IMG/VR virus record: IMGVR_UViG_3300043773_000921
Location: 1-64,000 of that record
Source of the DNA: a virus
Strand: one strand, 5' to 3'
Length of the DNA stretch: 64,000 nucleotides
Shown here: piece by piece, positions 20,456 to 30,088 of the stretch
How positions within the stretch are numbered: position 1 is the first letter of the stretch
How the letters are laid out: each line of letters opens with the position of its first letter
Position numbers and translations under genes: made by a program
Notes under the pieces: generated by a model
The model's database searches: none
The model's input: only the letters and a program-made list of their open reading frames with translations
What the model was told of the DNA's origin: nothing

Positions 20456-22593
20456 ACTCTTTGTAGTCTGCCGTTTCTTTTTATAAATCCTGTAAACATA
20501 ACACTATTTGTTGACTCTACCACCTTATCATAACCTTTTTTTATGTCATCTAGTATGCCTTCGTATGCTAACATAACTGATATGGTAATGTCGCAGTTAT
20601 GATCTCTAGAGCGAAAATCTCTTAGCTTTTGAACTATTACAAGGTCATATATATTGTCTGCATAATCTTCCACATAAGATGAAAAGTGTTCAATCCATAC
20701 TGGTTTAGTATTAGGGTCAACACCAAATCTATTATTTACTTTACTATCCTTTATTGTAGCATAAGCTATTTCGGGCCTTTCTTTTAGCAAATGATCAAAG
20801 TCATTATTTTTGTACCAATCGAAAATAGCAATGTTTGACCACTCTATCAAGTTCTCACAATCGCCATAGTACATGCAAGCCAATGCTGTCTGCTTATAAA
20901 ACTTTTCTTTTTTTACAGGTCGCCATGTTAATCTAGCAACAGGCATCATTGATGTTTTGTTTGAAGAGTGATAACCTTTCATTACAACAAATGAACCTTC
21001 AGAATCAGATGCGTTTGCTTCGTCTTTATCGTAAGAGTCAGTGCCAGCACCATACAAACCTTGAATGCTTCCAGAACCAGTGTAGTATTCATATCCAATA
21101 GAACTTACGTGTTCGGGCCTATCAGGATGTTCAACAATAATAAATGGATACATAAAGTCACCCTCATGATCTATTGCATCTTCCATACCCATTGGCGCCG
21201 CAATCCAACGCACACCAACTATTTTACCATTCTCTACTATTTCGTCAAACTTACCTTGCTGTAACTTATCTTCCCACTCTTCAGACAATAACTTTTGCAA
21301 TTGCCTTTCTAATTTTTCTGTATTAAATGGTGACAATCCAGATGAACTAAACGCCTCAGTCGGAGTTAATGGCATCTGAGTTTTGTTTTCGTGCAGATCC
21401 TTTTTATTGTTGCCAAGCTTTTTCCGTTTTTGCTTAATAAGTTCTAGTGATGGTTCTTTATAGCTATTGCCATCATTGTCCATAACATAAAAATACCACG
21501 CAGGAAAAAACGGACAACATCTTGTATTTTCTGCTCCAGGCTCATAAATGTTTTGCACTGCCAAAAGATTATACTTGTCTGGTTTGTAAAACATATCCAT
21601 AAGATCTGCTACACCTTTTTTCATTTCACCACCAGTACCAACTATGACATTAATACGCCCATTCTGCTTTCCATTTTCTTCAATAGATGGCTGTATCATA
21701 TTGTACACTCGCTTTAAAAGTGGATTGATACCAGCCTCCTCCATAAACACTAAGGTAGGAGATTTACCTGATGCTGCCTGGGCATTGTCTTTAGTAGTGA
21801 TAGCAAAAATCTCTGACAAATATCCTTTCTGTACACTTGTTGCTTCAAAGCCAAACTTAACGTACTGAGGAATATCTTTTAGCTTACGTTTAAAGAACTC
21901 TCTGCCTGATTGCTCCTGTGAATATGGCGACAAAGCATCAATACCCATAATAACTTTATTGAAACAGTTAGTAGCGTAGTCATCAAGACCGGCAACTATT
22001 AGCGTCTGCGATGATGGATATAGTAATGCTTCGAGCGCGCATAACGCTGCCATTTTTTCTGTAAAACCAATCTGACGTCGCTTAAGGCATAATAGGTTTT
22101 TGTCATTTGTTTTAGCTTGGTCTAGTAAATCAAAGAACTCTTTGTCCATGTCAACAAACCTTGGCGGTATAAGACCGGCACCTTTTTCTTTAGTCTTAAT
22201 GCGCCAAAAGTTTAAATACCAGTAGTTTGCCCCAGTAAGATAAACACCACCAGTAGTGTAACCATCGATACATCTTCTACGCTGCTCGTACCACCATTCC
22301 ATATAATGCCTTGGAAAGTTAATACGTATTAGCTTTTTCTTTTTAATATTTGGATTGTCATATACTTCCCACGCGCGATTGTATTTAGGCATAGGGTTGT
22401 CAAGGTCATAGATAACAGGCTGAAACAACTCTACGTTTTGAAACTTACACATGTGGTCGTCATAACAAGATATGTTCTCAGGCAACAAAGAAGATCGGTA
22501 ATATCTTTTGTTGACTGGTTTAGTGCCATCAAGAATAATATTTGATTGGGCATTTATTTTATATCCGGCAATGTCTATGACGTTATTTGCCAT
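20452..22593 (-). CDS. terL: Terminase large subunit
   Basis: YWYLNF adenine-binding region, Walker A LKRRQIGFT, Walker B LVFMEEAG, GTGG coupling motif, nuclease AGTDSYD. Confidence 0.93.
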   Translation of the reverse strand: MANNVIDIAGYKINAQSNIILDGTKPVNKRYYRSSLLPENISCYDDHMCKFQNVELFQPVIYDLDNPMPKYNRAWEVYDNPNIKKKKLIRINFPRHYMEWWYEQRRRCIDGYTTGGVYLTGANYWYLNFWRIKTKEKGAGLIPPRFVDMDKEFFDLLDQAKTNDKNLLCLKRRQIGFTEKMAALCALEALLYPSSQTLIVAGLDDYATNCFNKVIMGIDALSPYSQEQSGREFFKRKLKDIPQYVKFGFEATSVQKGYLSEIFAITTKDNAQAASGKSPTLVFMEEAGINPLLKRVYNMIQPSIEENGKQNGRINVIVGTGGEMKKGVADLMDMFYKPDKYNLLAVQNIYEPGAENTRCCPFFPAWYFYVMDNDGNSYKEPSLELIKQKRKKLGNNKKDLHENKTQMPLTPTEAFSSSGLSPFNTEKLERQLQKLLSEEWEDKLQQGKFDEIVENGKIVGVRWIAAPMGMEDAIDHEGDFMYPFIIVEHPDRPEHVSSIGYEYYTGSGSIQGLYGAGTDSYDKDEANASDSEGSFVVMKGYHSSNKTSMMPVARLTWRPVKKEKFYKQTALACMYYGDCENLIEWSNIAIFDWYKNNDFDHLLKERPEIAYATIKDSKVNNRFGVDPNTKPVWIEHFSSYVEDYADNIYDLVIVQKLRDFRSRDHNCDITISVMLAYEGILDDIKKGYDKVVESTNSVMFTGFIKRNGRLQRV

Positions 22594-23084
22594 TAAAGAT
22601 AAGCTATTTCTACTTGAATACTTCCAGATACTCTAGGTCCACAATCAGATTCATAAGAATAATCAAATACATAAGAACCGTCTAATGCAAGATTACCTAC
22701 TTCAATGCTATATATTGTTAATGAGCTATTTCCAGGAACAACTACTGGGTCTGAAACAATATTTATAGTAAATCCAGGATAGTTAATAGGACCTGCTATT
22801 TCACAACCAAGTTTATCAAGTTCTATTGGACAACTATCAATATTTTCAAAAATAAAATCTATTGTTTGTGGTGTACTTGTAATTACCAATGGAGCTATAA
22901 GTGGCAATGTATAACTATCACCATCAAGCTCTAAAGTAAACAATGGTTCACAATTACATATAGGTCTTGGCAAAAGATTTGCAAAATAACAACATTCTTC
23001 CACCTCTGGAGTACAGCATTTGTCATATAGCGTTTGCTTGCCAAACAAAGCAGCGCGGTTAGCGTTTTTAGAAAAGATTGCCAT
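22593..23084 (-). CDS. Cys-rich, Ig-like beta-rich virion protein
   Basis: CCTPEVEECC N-terminus followed by a beta-strand-rich domain. Confidence 0.5.
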   Translation of the reverse strand: MAIFSKNANRAALFGKQTLYDKCCTPEVEECCYFANLLPRPICNCEPLFTLELDGDSYTLPLIAPLVITSTPQTIDFIFENIDSCPIELDKLGCEIAGPINYPGFTINIVSDPVVVPGNSSLTIYSIEVGNLALDGSYVFDYSYESDCGPRVSGSIQVEIAYL

Positions 23085-23088
23085 ATTA

Positions 23089-23532
23089 TTATAATACTTT
23101 TATATCTGCGTTAAAAGAAAAATTGCCACTATTAGTAGTTACATTAACAGTAAATATTCTTTGTCCAATAGTTGCCCAGTTAGCTTCAACAATAACTTTT
23201 GTACCAGGATATGCAACTGTAGCAGGAGTTAAACCTACAAGTAAACCTGCAATGGGAGAAGGTGTTACTACTATTGATGTAACTCCAACACTACTACTTA
23301 TAGTTTCTAAATATATAGTCCATTTGGTATTTATAGGTATATTAATAGCAAAATTACTAGCGTCATTTATTTCTATAGGTAATCCACCGTCACTGTAGTA
23401 AACTTTATATCCCCTTAATCCTATTCCAGGAACGCAACATGTTGTTTCTGTGTCGCAGCAACCATCTACAAGTATTTGTTTTCTTTTTTGAAAAAAAGAA
23501 CGTACTTTATTTAAGTTAAACATTCTAGCCAT
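23089..23532 (-). CDS. Cys-rich, Ig-like beta-rich virion protein, probable paralogue of its neighbour
   Basis: GCCDTETTCC N-terminus in the same arrangement as 22593-23084. Confidence 0.5.
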   Translation of the reverse strand: MARMFNLNKVRSFFQKRKQILVDGCCDTETTCCVPGIGLRGYKVYYSDGGLPIEINDASNFAINIPINTKWTIYLETISSSVGVTSIVVTPSPIAGLLVGLTPATVAYPGTKVIVEANWATIGQRIFTVNVTTNSGNFSFNADIKVL

Positions 23533-23794
23533 TTTGTTCTATGTTTTGATTATCAAGATGAGATTTTTCTACTTTTTTTTGCTGTACTTTTCCGTAAAGC
23601 AATGTTCCGGTAAATGCTGCTAAGCTAGTCAAGAAGATTGACATGCCTGACCAGTCAATGTCTGTACATTTAACAGCGTGAATCATTAAATAAATAAAAA
23701 CACCAACAGTCAAAAGACATATACATAGTGTTCCTATAAACAATGTTACGCGCATGCTAGATACGTCGGTGCTTTCTTTAAGGAAGTTAAACAT
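23525..23794 (-). CDS. Holin-like two-TM membrane protein
   Basis: SSMRV motif, two hydrophobic helices, basic C-terminus GKVQQKKVEK. Confidence 0.65.
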   Translation of the reverse strand: MFNFLKESTDVSSMRVTLFIGTLCICLLTVGVFIYLMIHAVKCTDIDWSGMSIFLTSLAAFTGTLLYGKVQQKKVEKSHLDNQNIEQNG

Positions 23795-23799
23795 ATTAG

Positions 23800-24099
23800 T
23801 TAGTTTTTTTCAAGTCTTTCGACAAGGTGAAGAAGTTTTTTCATCATTGCTGTATTGTTTTCAATCACATTATTGTTACTATTTACTGTATCAATGAGCC
23901 TTACACGATCTTCTGTCATATATTGATCGTGTCGCTTTTCTAATTCCTGAATTCTTGCTTCGTTTTTTTTATGCAAAGCTAAAAACTGTTTTCCCATAAA
24001 ATATATGACGCCAATCATGAGAATAGCAAACACACCTAAAATGCCATAGTTAGTAAGATAAGATATTTCTTGGGGTACTTGTAACAATAAGGATTTCAT
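23800..24099 (-). CDS. Single-TM coiled-coil protein (BhlA/UviB-like holin candidate)
   Basis: YGILGVFAILMIGVIYF followed by a coiled coil. Start reassigned to ATG 24099. Confidence 0.5.
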   Translation of the reverse strand: MKSLLLQVPQEISYLTNYGILGVFAILMIGVIYFMGKQFLALHKKNEARIQELEKRHDQYMTEDRVRLIDTVNSNNNVIENNTAMMKKLLHLVERLEKN

Positions 24100-24100
24100 T

Positions 24101-24310
24101 TTAATTTTGATATTTATTATGTGATTTAAACTCAACTATTGGCAAATGTTTTACCCACCAGCAATCGTTATTTTTGTTTTCAAATATTTGATACAATGGT
24201 AATATCCAATTATCCTCTGCATCTAACATAGGAGTAAATGGCTTATATTCATCATAAAACTTATCAGACAAATATAATCTTTCTTCTTCATCTAAGATAC
24301 CGCCTAACAT
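24101..24310 (-). CDS. Small hypothetical tail-cassette protein
   Basis: 69 aa ORF in line with the operon. Confidence 0.55.
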   Translation of the reverse strand: MLGGILDEEERLYLSDKFYDEYKPFTPMLDAEDNWILPLYQIFENKNNDCWWVKHLPIVEFKSHNKYQN

Positions 24311-24320
24311 AACAGATTTT

Positions 24321-24554
24321 TTATACTTCGTATTGTTGCAACCAAATATTAACCATATCGGGAATGTCGCTATCTTCCCAAGTATTTACATATGGCATGT
24401 CTTCTGCAATTACTCCAAATTGTGCTGTGTCTGTTGTCAAAACTATATCAACAGACAATAATTTGTCCAATGCCTTGTCTTTAATTGAATTCAGGTTAAT
24501 TGATGTTACAGGATTTGTAATTTCAACTTGAAATTGTGGAAACTTGTATGTCAT
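24321..24554 (-). CDS. Small tail-fibre-associated (chaperone-like) protein
   Basis: 77 aa ORF directly after the DUF1566 gene. Confidence 0.55.
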   Translation of the reverse strand: MTYKFPQFQVEITNPVTSINLNSIKDKALDKLLSVDIVLTTDTAQFGVIAEDMPYVNTWEDSDIPDMVNIWLQQYEV

Positions 24555-24571
24555 TTTGTTATTTTTTTATG

Positions 24572-25156
24572 TTATGAAAGTGTTGTTCCTGTTACTGTAA
24601 AAGTGCGACAAACTAAATATGCATTATTTGTAGATTTTGCTGCACTTAATACAAGACTACTATTACCTGTCCATACGTAGATATTATTTGTTGTAATTGC
24701 CATATCAGTATTTGATGTATGATATTGGTTAGATGCTAAATTAAAAGGCGAATAATTTAACCTTGCTGTTAATTGCCAATTAAAAATAGATAAATACTCC
24801 ATAACATTTGGAAGCCTCCAACCCGTAGTAAATGGTGGAATACTAACTAATAATGCTCCACTAACTGCACCTGCCCAAGGGGAAGTTGATGCTGTTCTTC
24901 TCCATCCTAAAACTGTGCTTCCATTATAGGTTGACCAATCAATTACAATATTTTTTGTATAAGTTTGTCCGCCTAATTCGTCCGTAAATCTGTTTGTATT
25001 GCCAAACACATTATTTTCTGCAAGTACTGTAAAACTTACATTTCTACCTGCTTCAATATCTCCATCGTCACCTGTTGCATAAGACGTTGTTTGCCCTGTT
25101 TTCATTAGCTGTGCAGTGCTTCTACTTGGAGGAACTGCTTTTATATATGTGTCCAT
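24572..25156 (-). CDS. DUF1566/Lcl (C-type-lectin-like) domain protein, putative receptor-binding tip
   Basis: KTGQTTSY..GDDG, GWRLPNVMEYLSI and a C-terminal LVCR. Confidence 0.75.
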   Translation of the reverse strand: MDTYIKAVPPSRSTAQLMKTGQTTSYATGDDGDIEAGRNVSFTVLAENNVFGNTNRFTDELGGQTYTKNIVIDWSTYNGSTVLGWRRTASTSPWAGAVSGALLVSIPPFTTGWRLPNVMEYLSIFNWQLTARLNYSPFNLASNQYHTSNTDMAITTNNIYVWTGNSSLVLSAAKSTNNAYLVCRTFTVTGTTLS

Positions 25157-25158
25157 AG

Positions 25159-26511
25159 TTATGCTTTTGTTATGTTAAGATTTGTAACCCCTGCAACCGA
25201 TGCTGTTACCGTTATTTTACTACCTACTAAAATGGTATTAGTCAAGGTATAAGCAGCGCCATCGTCTTGAATAGTAATACTTGGAGCATTTTTGATATTT
25301 GTAGTTGTATTTATTTTTAGGTCATATGGAGCATAAAAATCCACCGTTAATGCATCCATAAGCTCAATTGTATAAACTATGCCATTGTTAACCCAAAGTG
25401 TTCCGTTATACTCTAATGTATCTCCTTTTTGTGGAGATGTAATATTTACGTCGTGAAGTTCATCGAGTTCCCACCCGTTCATCACCTTGACATATATTTT
25501 TCCATGAACAGCATGTGCATATTCAACATATCCAACGACAACAATGTGACCGGAACCGGTTGGTTTGACTTTTGTAATAGCACCAGCTGTGGTTGGACTT
25601 AAATAAAGAACATCACCATCTGCCCAAGTTTCTCCTTGAAGTGAGCCTGTAGTGTTTATTTCTTCTATTTGACCAACGCAAATGATAAATCCTTCTTGAT
25701 TAGTAGCAATTGTTTCTGTAACTAATCCGATTGTGTCAGCAGAATTTGCATCATTATTTGCCTGTGCTAACTCAACTGCTAATTTTTGACCTTGTGCTCC
25801 TGAAACTCGAACTGCTTTATATCCTGCTTTAGTCAATGTTTGGTTTGGTGTAACTTTGTTTACTACGCGAGCAACTAAATCAACGCCATTTTTAAGTACA
25901 ACAGAACCGCCTTTAAGCATAGTTTCTGAACTACCAAGTGTATTGTTCCATTGAGTAGAACCAACAGAAAGAGTACCGCTTGGAGATACGTTTAATGCAA
26001 GTTGATCTGCAATTAAATTATATGTTCCTAAATCTACGTTTGCTATAGCACCTGTATATGGAACAAAACTTGCTAATACCCAAACAGCAGCACCAGTAGT
26101 ATTATCTGTACATACATAGGTAGTTCCGTCATCTAAAGACCATCTACTTCCAGTCAGGTAACCTAATGTTACATCATCAGTTACAGAAGGAGTTATAGTA
26201 AAGTTATACAAAGACCATCTAATGTAGATGCCATTACCATCCATAACATATAGTCGCCCGGCTTCCCACTTTAACTCATAACCAACAGCACAAATCTGAG
26301 CAATACCTTTTTGACCACCAAGCATTGCATCGATTGTACCCTCTCTTAATCGTGAATAATTGCTAAACAAAAGACCTTGTGTTGCATCAAAATTTATATC
26401 ATTGGAACCTGATGTGTTACCATTTCCTAATACAGTTGATAGATCAGCAGAACCACTTCCTGCTTCGTAATAATCAAGCTTTCCAGTTACGGGGTTAAAT
26501 TTATACGGCAT
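25159..26511 (-). CDS. Tail fibre/spike protein
   Basis: N-terminal YKFNPVTGKLD, VPYTGA..VDLG, GDVLYLSPTTAG, ELDELHDV...L.YNGTLWVN fibre motifs. Confidence 0.8.
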   Translation of the reverse strand: MPYKFNPVTGKLDYYEAGSGSADLSTVLGNGNTSGSNDINFDATQGLLFSNYSRLREGTIDAMLGGQKGIAQICAVGYELKWEAGRLYVMDGNGIYIRWSLYNFTITPSVTDDVTLGYLTGSRWSLDDGTTYVCTDNTTGAAVWVLASFVPYTGAIANVDLGTYNLIADQLALNVSPSGTLSVGSTQWNNTLGSSETMLKGGSVVLKNGVDLVARVVNKVTPNQTLTKAGYKAVRVSGAQGQKLAVELAQANNDANSADTIGLVTETIATNQEGFIICVGQIEEINTTGSLQGETWADGDVLYLSPTTAGAITKVKPTGSGHIVVVGYVEYAHAVHGKIYVKVMNGWELDELHDVNITSPQKGDTLEYNGTLWVNNGIVYTIELMDALTVDFYAPYDLKINTTTNIKNAPSITIQDDGAAYTLTNTILVGSKITVTASVAGVTNLNITKA

Positions 26512-26512
26512 A

Positions 26513-27001
26513 TTAAGTTGTGATTACGCTAATAACATTATCAGCAGCATTATACGATAAGGTTTTTGTCGCTACTAAAGTCGCACCAGTTGAATAAACA
26601 ATAGTAAAAATGTTGTTAGTATTTCCACTAGGATTTCCAGCATCAACACCAGGGTAATAAGTAATATCAATATTGTTACCCGGTATCATGTCAAAGTTAG
26701 CCAACACTGAAAGTTCATCTAGCATTGACGTAGTTGACAAGATAGGATATAGTAGTTCATACACATCAGCTCTTGTTGCGCCGTATGCCGTAGAAGTAAT
26801 GTCTAATATATCATCAGCATATTCTACAGCAGCAATGTCTGTGCTATCTACTTCGCGCTCAAATAAAAAGCCTGATACTCCGTAGTTGCGTACCTTGACA
26901 GATCCTTTTGGAAATGCAGCAAATGGTGCCGGGTCTGCAGGAATTTTAAATACTATAGCGCCGTCCTGCTCGTACACCTGTATTGTTGAAAATAAACTCA
27001 T
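26513..27001 (-). CDS. Tail-fibre-associated protein
   Basis: C-terminal TIVYSTGATLVATKTLSYNAADNVISV, typical of genes preceding YKFNP-type fibres. Confidence 0.55.
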   Translation of the reverse strand: MSLFSTIQVYEQDGAIVFKIPADPAPFAAFPKGSVKVRNYGVSGFLFEREVDSTDIAAVEYADDILDITSTAYGATRADVYELLYPILSTTSMLDELSVLANFDMIPGNNIDITYYPGVDAGNPSGNTNNIFTIVYSTGATLVATKTLSYNAADNVISVITT

Positions 27002-27005
27002 ATGA

Positions 27006-27695
27006 TTATAGATTTATAACGCCCCACTGATTTGTTTTAATGTATTGAAATATCATTCCATCGCCATTTACCATACTAACAGAAGCTAAACTACCAACTA
27101 TACTTTGTCCTACATTGGCATTGACTGTTGCCGTTAAATCTGTGCAGTATATCTTATACATTTGTCCTAACACAGGAGTTGCAGGCAAAGTAAGAATAAT
27201 TGCATCAGAATTTATTACTATGATATATTCAGTTAACTGCAACGTGCCAGAAGTATCATAGTAAACTAGATTATCTTCGCAGTAACATAATGGACCACGT
27301 ACAGGAATAATTGGTGCTAAATCAACAGAAGTTATTACTTGCACTCCATCGTGTTCGCCAGTTAGTTCAAGTGTTGTTCCATTTAATATTAACTCTAAAT
27401 CATGATTATGAGTAATATCTATAGTGTTACTAAAAGGAATGCCGGCATAAGTACCGGCAAGTGTAATAATATTTGTAGTAGGATTAAAAGTAAGGCCAAT
27501 GGTTAATGGTTCTTGTAGATCTGTAAGGTTAACAGTTCTAGCTACAGTTGCATTATCGTAAATGTATGTTAATGTAAGTATGTTTGTTACGGGGTCATAC
27601 GCTAGTTGTATATCTAGCGGACAACATGTTTCACAACCCGGAGGACAAGGGTTTGGAAACATTACTGAATCATTAAACTTATCAAACAATCCCAT
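27006..27695 (-). CDS. Tail fibre/spike-like beta protein with Cys-rich N-terminus
   Basis: CPPGCETCC, repeated YDPVTNILTL/FNPTTNIITL units and a LTLPATPVLGQ C-terminal fibre domain. Confidence 0.6.
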   Translation of the reverse strand: MGLFDKFNDSVMFPNPCPPGCETCCPLDIQLAYDPVTNILTLTYIYDNATVARTVNLTDLQEPLTIGLTFNPTTNIITLAGTYAGIPFSNTIDITHNHDLELILNGTTLELTGEHDGVQVITSVDLAPIIPVRGPLCYCEDNLVYYDTSGTLQLTEYIIVINSDAIILTLPATPVLGQMYKIYCTDLTATVNANVGQSIVGSLASVSMVNGDGMIFQYIKTNQWGVINL

Positions 27696-27696
27696 A

Positions 27697-28278
27697 TTAA
27701 CTTATTTTCATTCTTGCGTGATACGGTTTTTTATTCTCAGGAATCTCAAATAAATACAATGACAATCCTTCCTGTTCCTCGTTACCAGTTTCCATTTCAG
27801 ACTTTAGTTTAAACTCTTCGCATAACCTAGTAGATACCTCTAATGCTTTAGCTATCTGAATCTCATCATCGGGAGTATTGTCAAGACTCATTAACATCTT
27901 TCTCCAGTGCTCTGCTTTAGCCTTAAACATATCGACATTCAGATCGTTTTCAGACAACTGTATTCTTTTGTAGAAATCAATCAGGTTAATAACCTGTTCC
28001 GTTTTCTCTATGTTTTTCCAGTTGGACCAGTCTTTAAACAGTCCGTAGTTTGCAGTGACCTGCTCTCTTCTTTCTACCGGTGGCAGTTGCCAGTAAGGGT
28101 TATCTTTCTTGGTATAGACAAAGTAAATGTAAGTAATCACCTGTGCAAACTTTACCTCTTTTGGAAACTCACCTTTTACAGCTATATATTCCGGTACCGT
28201 TTGCCCTGCAGGAGTAACACATACTTCTCCCATATTAAGATAAAACATAGAATCGCTTTTATAGTGCGAACATAACAA
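27697..28278 (-). CDS. Helical hypothetical protein upstream of the packaging operon (small-terminase candidate)
   Basis: YIYFVY...NPY...ER pattern recalled from crAss-like genomes. Function is inference only. Confidence 0.4.
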   Translation of the reverse strand: MLCSHYKSDSMFYLNMGEVCVTPAGQTVPEYIAVKGEFPKEVKFAQVITYIYFVYTKKDNPYWQLPPVERREQVTANYGLFKDWSNWKNIEKTEQVINLIDFYKRIQLSENDLNVDMFKAKAEHWRKMLMSLDNTPDDEIQIAKALEVSTRLCEEFKLKSEMETGNEEQEGLSLYLFEIPENKKPYHARMKIS

Positions 28279-28294
28279 TATTATTTAATACCGC

Positions 28295-28324
28295 AAAAAA
28301 AATGCCCGAGTTTTTACTCAGGCA
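28295..28324 (-). terminator. Rho-independent terminator after rusA
   Basis: Minus strand TGCCTGAGT-AAAA-ACTCGGGCA followed by T8. Confidence 0.75.
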
Positions 28325-28348
28325 AATCGAAACACTTTTAAACCAAAA

Positions 28349-28759
28349 CTATATGACAACTTTAATATGTCCATGTAAACCCCAAACTTTTGTCATTTTA
28401 CCAATGGTATGAACATGACTGTCTTCTTTCATCAAGGCATCCATAAAAGCTTTGAGCATATTGTCAATATCCGGCTTCATCTTATGCGGCATATTAATCC
28501 TTTCTAAACGCTCTTTCATTTTTGGCTTACTTAATGTAGAACTAATTGGTATTGTTACCACAAATGTGATGCTTTTTATCTCATCAAACTTAAACTCGTC
28601 TGGCTTTATTCCAAGTTTAATAAGTTCTGAGTTCCACAAGATCCTAATATCGTCTTTCCAGCCCATATATTTCTTGTATCGCTTGTCGGCATACATCTGT
28701 TTCTGTGTAGTCCTTACGGCACCCATCGGTTCAATGTCCAAATACAAATCTAGTTCCAT
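28349..28759 (-). CDS. rusA: RusA-family Holliday junction resolvase
   Basis: KPDIDNMLKAFMDAL..EDSHV catalytic signature. Confidence 0.88.
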   Translation of the reverse strand: MELDLYLDIEPMGAVRTTQKQMYADKRYKKYMGWKDDIRILWNSELIKLGIKPDEFKFDEIKSITFVVTIPISSTLSKPKMKERLERINMPHKMKPDIDNMLKAFMDALMKEDSHVHTIGKMTKVWGLHGHIKVVI

Positions 28760-28762
28760 GTT

Positions 28763-29224
28763 TCACTTTAGTAAAATAGCTGTAGTAATAATCCCTGCTG
28801 CAAATCCTCCGATAATACCCCAGGTTGTCCCTATAAAGATACCTCTTTTTCGCTCATTTTTAGCATATTTAAGGCCCTGCTGCCAAAGATTATTTAACTC
28901 AGTTATTTTATCAGAACTCATATTGTACGCACGTTGGTAAGTACCTACTCGTTCCTCTAAAGTTCGCTCTATACTCTTATGTTCTGCTATCTGGAAATCA
29001 AAAGATCTGATAGTATTTTCATTTTTATCAATGATACTCTTGTAGTCACCAATAGTTTTTTCCTTAGACTTGATAATTCCAATCACATCATTCCACTTCT
29101 TAGTAGATATAAGCACCGTATCTTTTCTTGTCATATAGGATATGCTAATATCGCCATAAACATGAACTGTATCAAACTGACTAAATGCCAGTATCGGAAG
29201 CAGTAAAAACAATATTACTTTCAT
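28763..29224 (-). CDS. Signal peptide + coiled coil + C-terminal TM protein (spanin-like candidate)
   Basis: MKVILFLLLPILAFSQ signal, heptad-rich middle, C-terminal GIFIGTTWGIIGGFAAGII. Confidence 0.5.
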   Translation of the reverse strand: MKVILFLLLPILAFSQFDTVHVYGDISISYMTRKDTVLISTKKWNDVIGIIKSKEKTIGDYKSIIDKNENTIRSFDFQIAEHKSIERTLEERVGTYQRAYNMSSDKITELNNLWQQGLKYAKNERKRGIFIGTTWGIIGGFAAGIITTAILLK

Positions 29225-30057
29225 ATCCGGACATCCTGTATTTTGTTTTCAAACTCTTTGATGTTCCAGGCTCTTGCCAATCTAGTCATTCCGATGCCAC
29301 CACCAAAACGATCAAAGAACTTATGCTGCAAAAACTTATCTAGTTCAGCAACAACTCTTTTCTCGGTAAACAACTCAAACAATTTCTCGGCATACTTGCC
29401 ACCTTCAATCGTATAAAAGTTCTCACGCATCTTCTCTGGATCACTGCTTCTCTGTGCCGAGCCAATAGTTTCCTGCCCATACATGATGACATCACACTTA
29501 GCATAAATATCAGCATACTTGCAGTACATGTTCCAGAAAGGATTAGTACGTAATGGGAAGTTTTTCAAGAATACTACATCACCCTGCTCATCTCTCAACC
29601 TTGACTCATGCTCATTCTCGATAATCTCAGTACCATAGGCAACACAAATATCGTTATAGTCAACATCAACACCAGTGCTAAACCCTAAATGCTGCAACAA
29701 ATCCTTTTCAAGCTCTAGCATCACATTCATATCCCCCTTACTCTCAAACTCAAACATAGGAAATATCAACTCATGCCGGCCAGGTATCGGATTCTTCTCC
29801 TGCCTGTAACTAGTACTAATACAATACACCCCATCCCAGTCAGGATTATTAAGCAACTCATGCTCAAGCCACATCTGTCCAGTCTGTGGTAAAGGCCAGA
29901 CATCTCTATTATAATCAAACACAGCAATACTATGCGGATTCTCACATGCCGCAAGTATCGATAACCTTGATTGAGTAGGAACTTCCTTGAACCCTCTGCC
30001 CCTAAAAAAAGCCCGCATCTTAGTTACGAGCAAATCATAAACCTTAGTTTCGTACAT
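29221..30057 (-). CDS. Stand-alone class IIb aminoacyl-tRNA-synthetase catalytic domain (truncated AsnRS / archaeal-type asparagine synthetase-like)
   Basis: Motif 1 region FF..RGFKEVPT, LPQTGQMWLE, motif 2 SYRQEKNPIPGRH..IFPMFEFE, ETIGSAQR, motif 3 GGGIGMTRL. 278 aa with no anticodon-binding OB fold. Confidence 0.85.
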   Translation of the reverse strand: MYETKVYDLLVTKMRAFFRGRGFKEVPTQSRLSILAACENPHSIAVFDYNRDVWPLPQTGQMWLEHELLNNPDWDGVYCISTSYRQEKNPIPGRHELIFPMFEFESKGDMNVMLELEKDLLQHLGFSTGVDVDYNDICVAYGTEIIENEHESRLRDEQGDVVFLKNFPLRTNPFWNMYCKYADIYAKCDVIMYGQETIGSAQRSSDPEKMRENFYTIEGGKYAEKLFELFTEKRVVAELDKFLQHKFFDRFGGGIGMTRLARAWNIKEFENKIQDVRI

Positions 30058-30088
30058 AATACATTTATTTAAAAGTGAACAATAAATA

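Noticed and set aside
15140-22593. Inteins or group I introns in TerL, portal or MCP
   Set aside because: Lengths are normal, and no intein splice-junction, LAGLIDADG or HNH motifs or frame breaks were seen.
24572-25156. Diversity-generating retroelement
   Set aside because: No reverse transcriptase ORF or template-repeat copy seen in the window.
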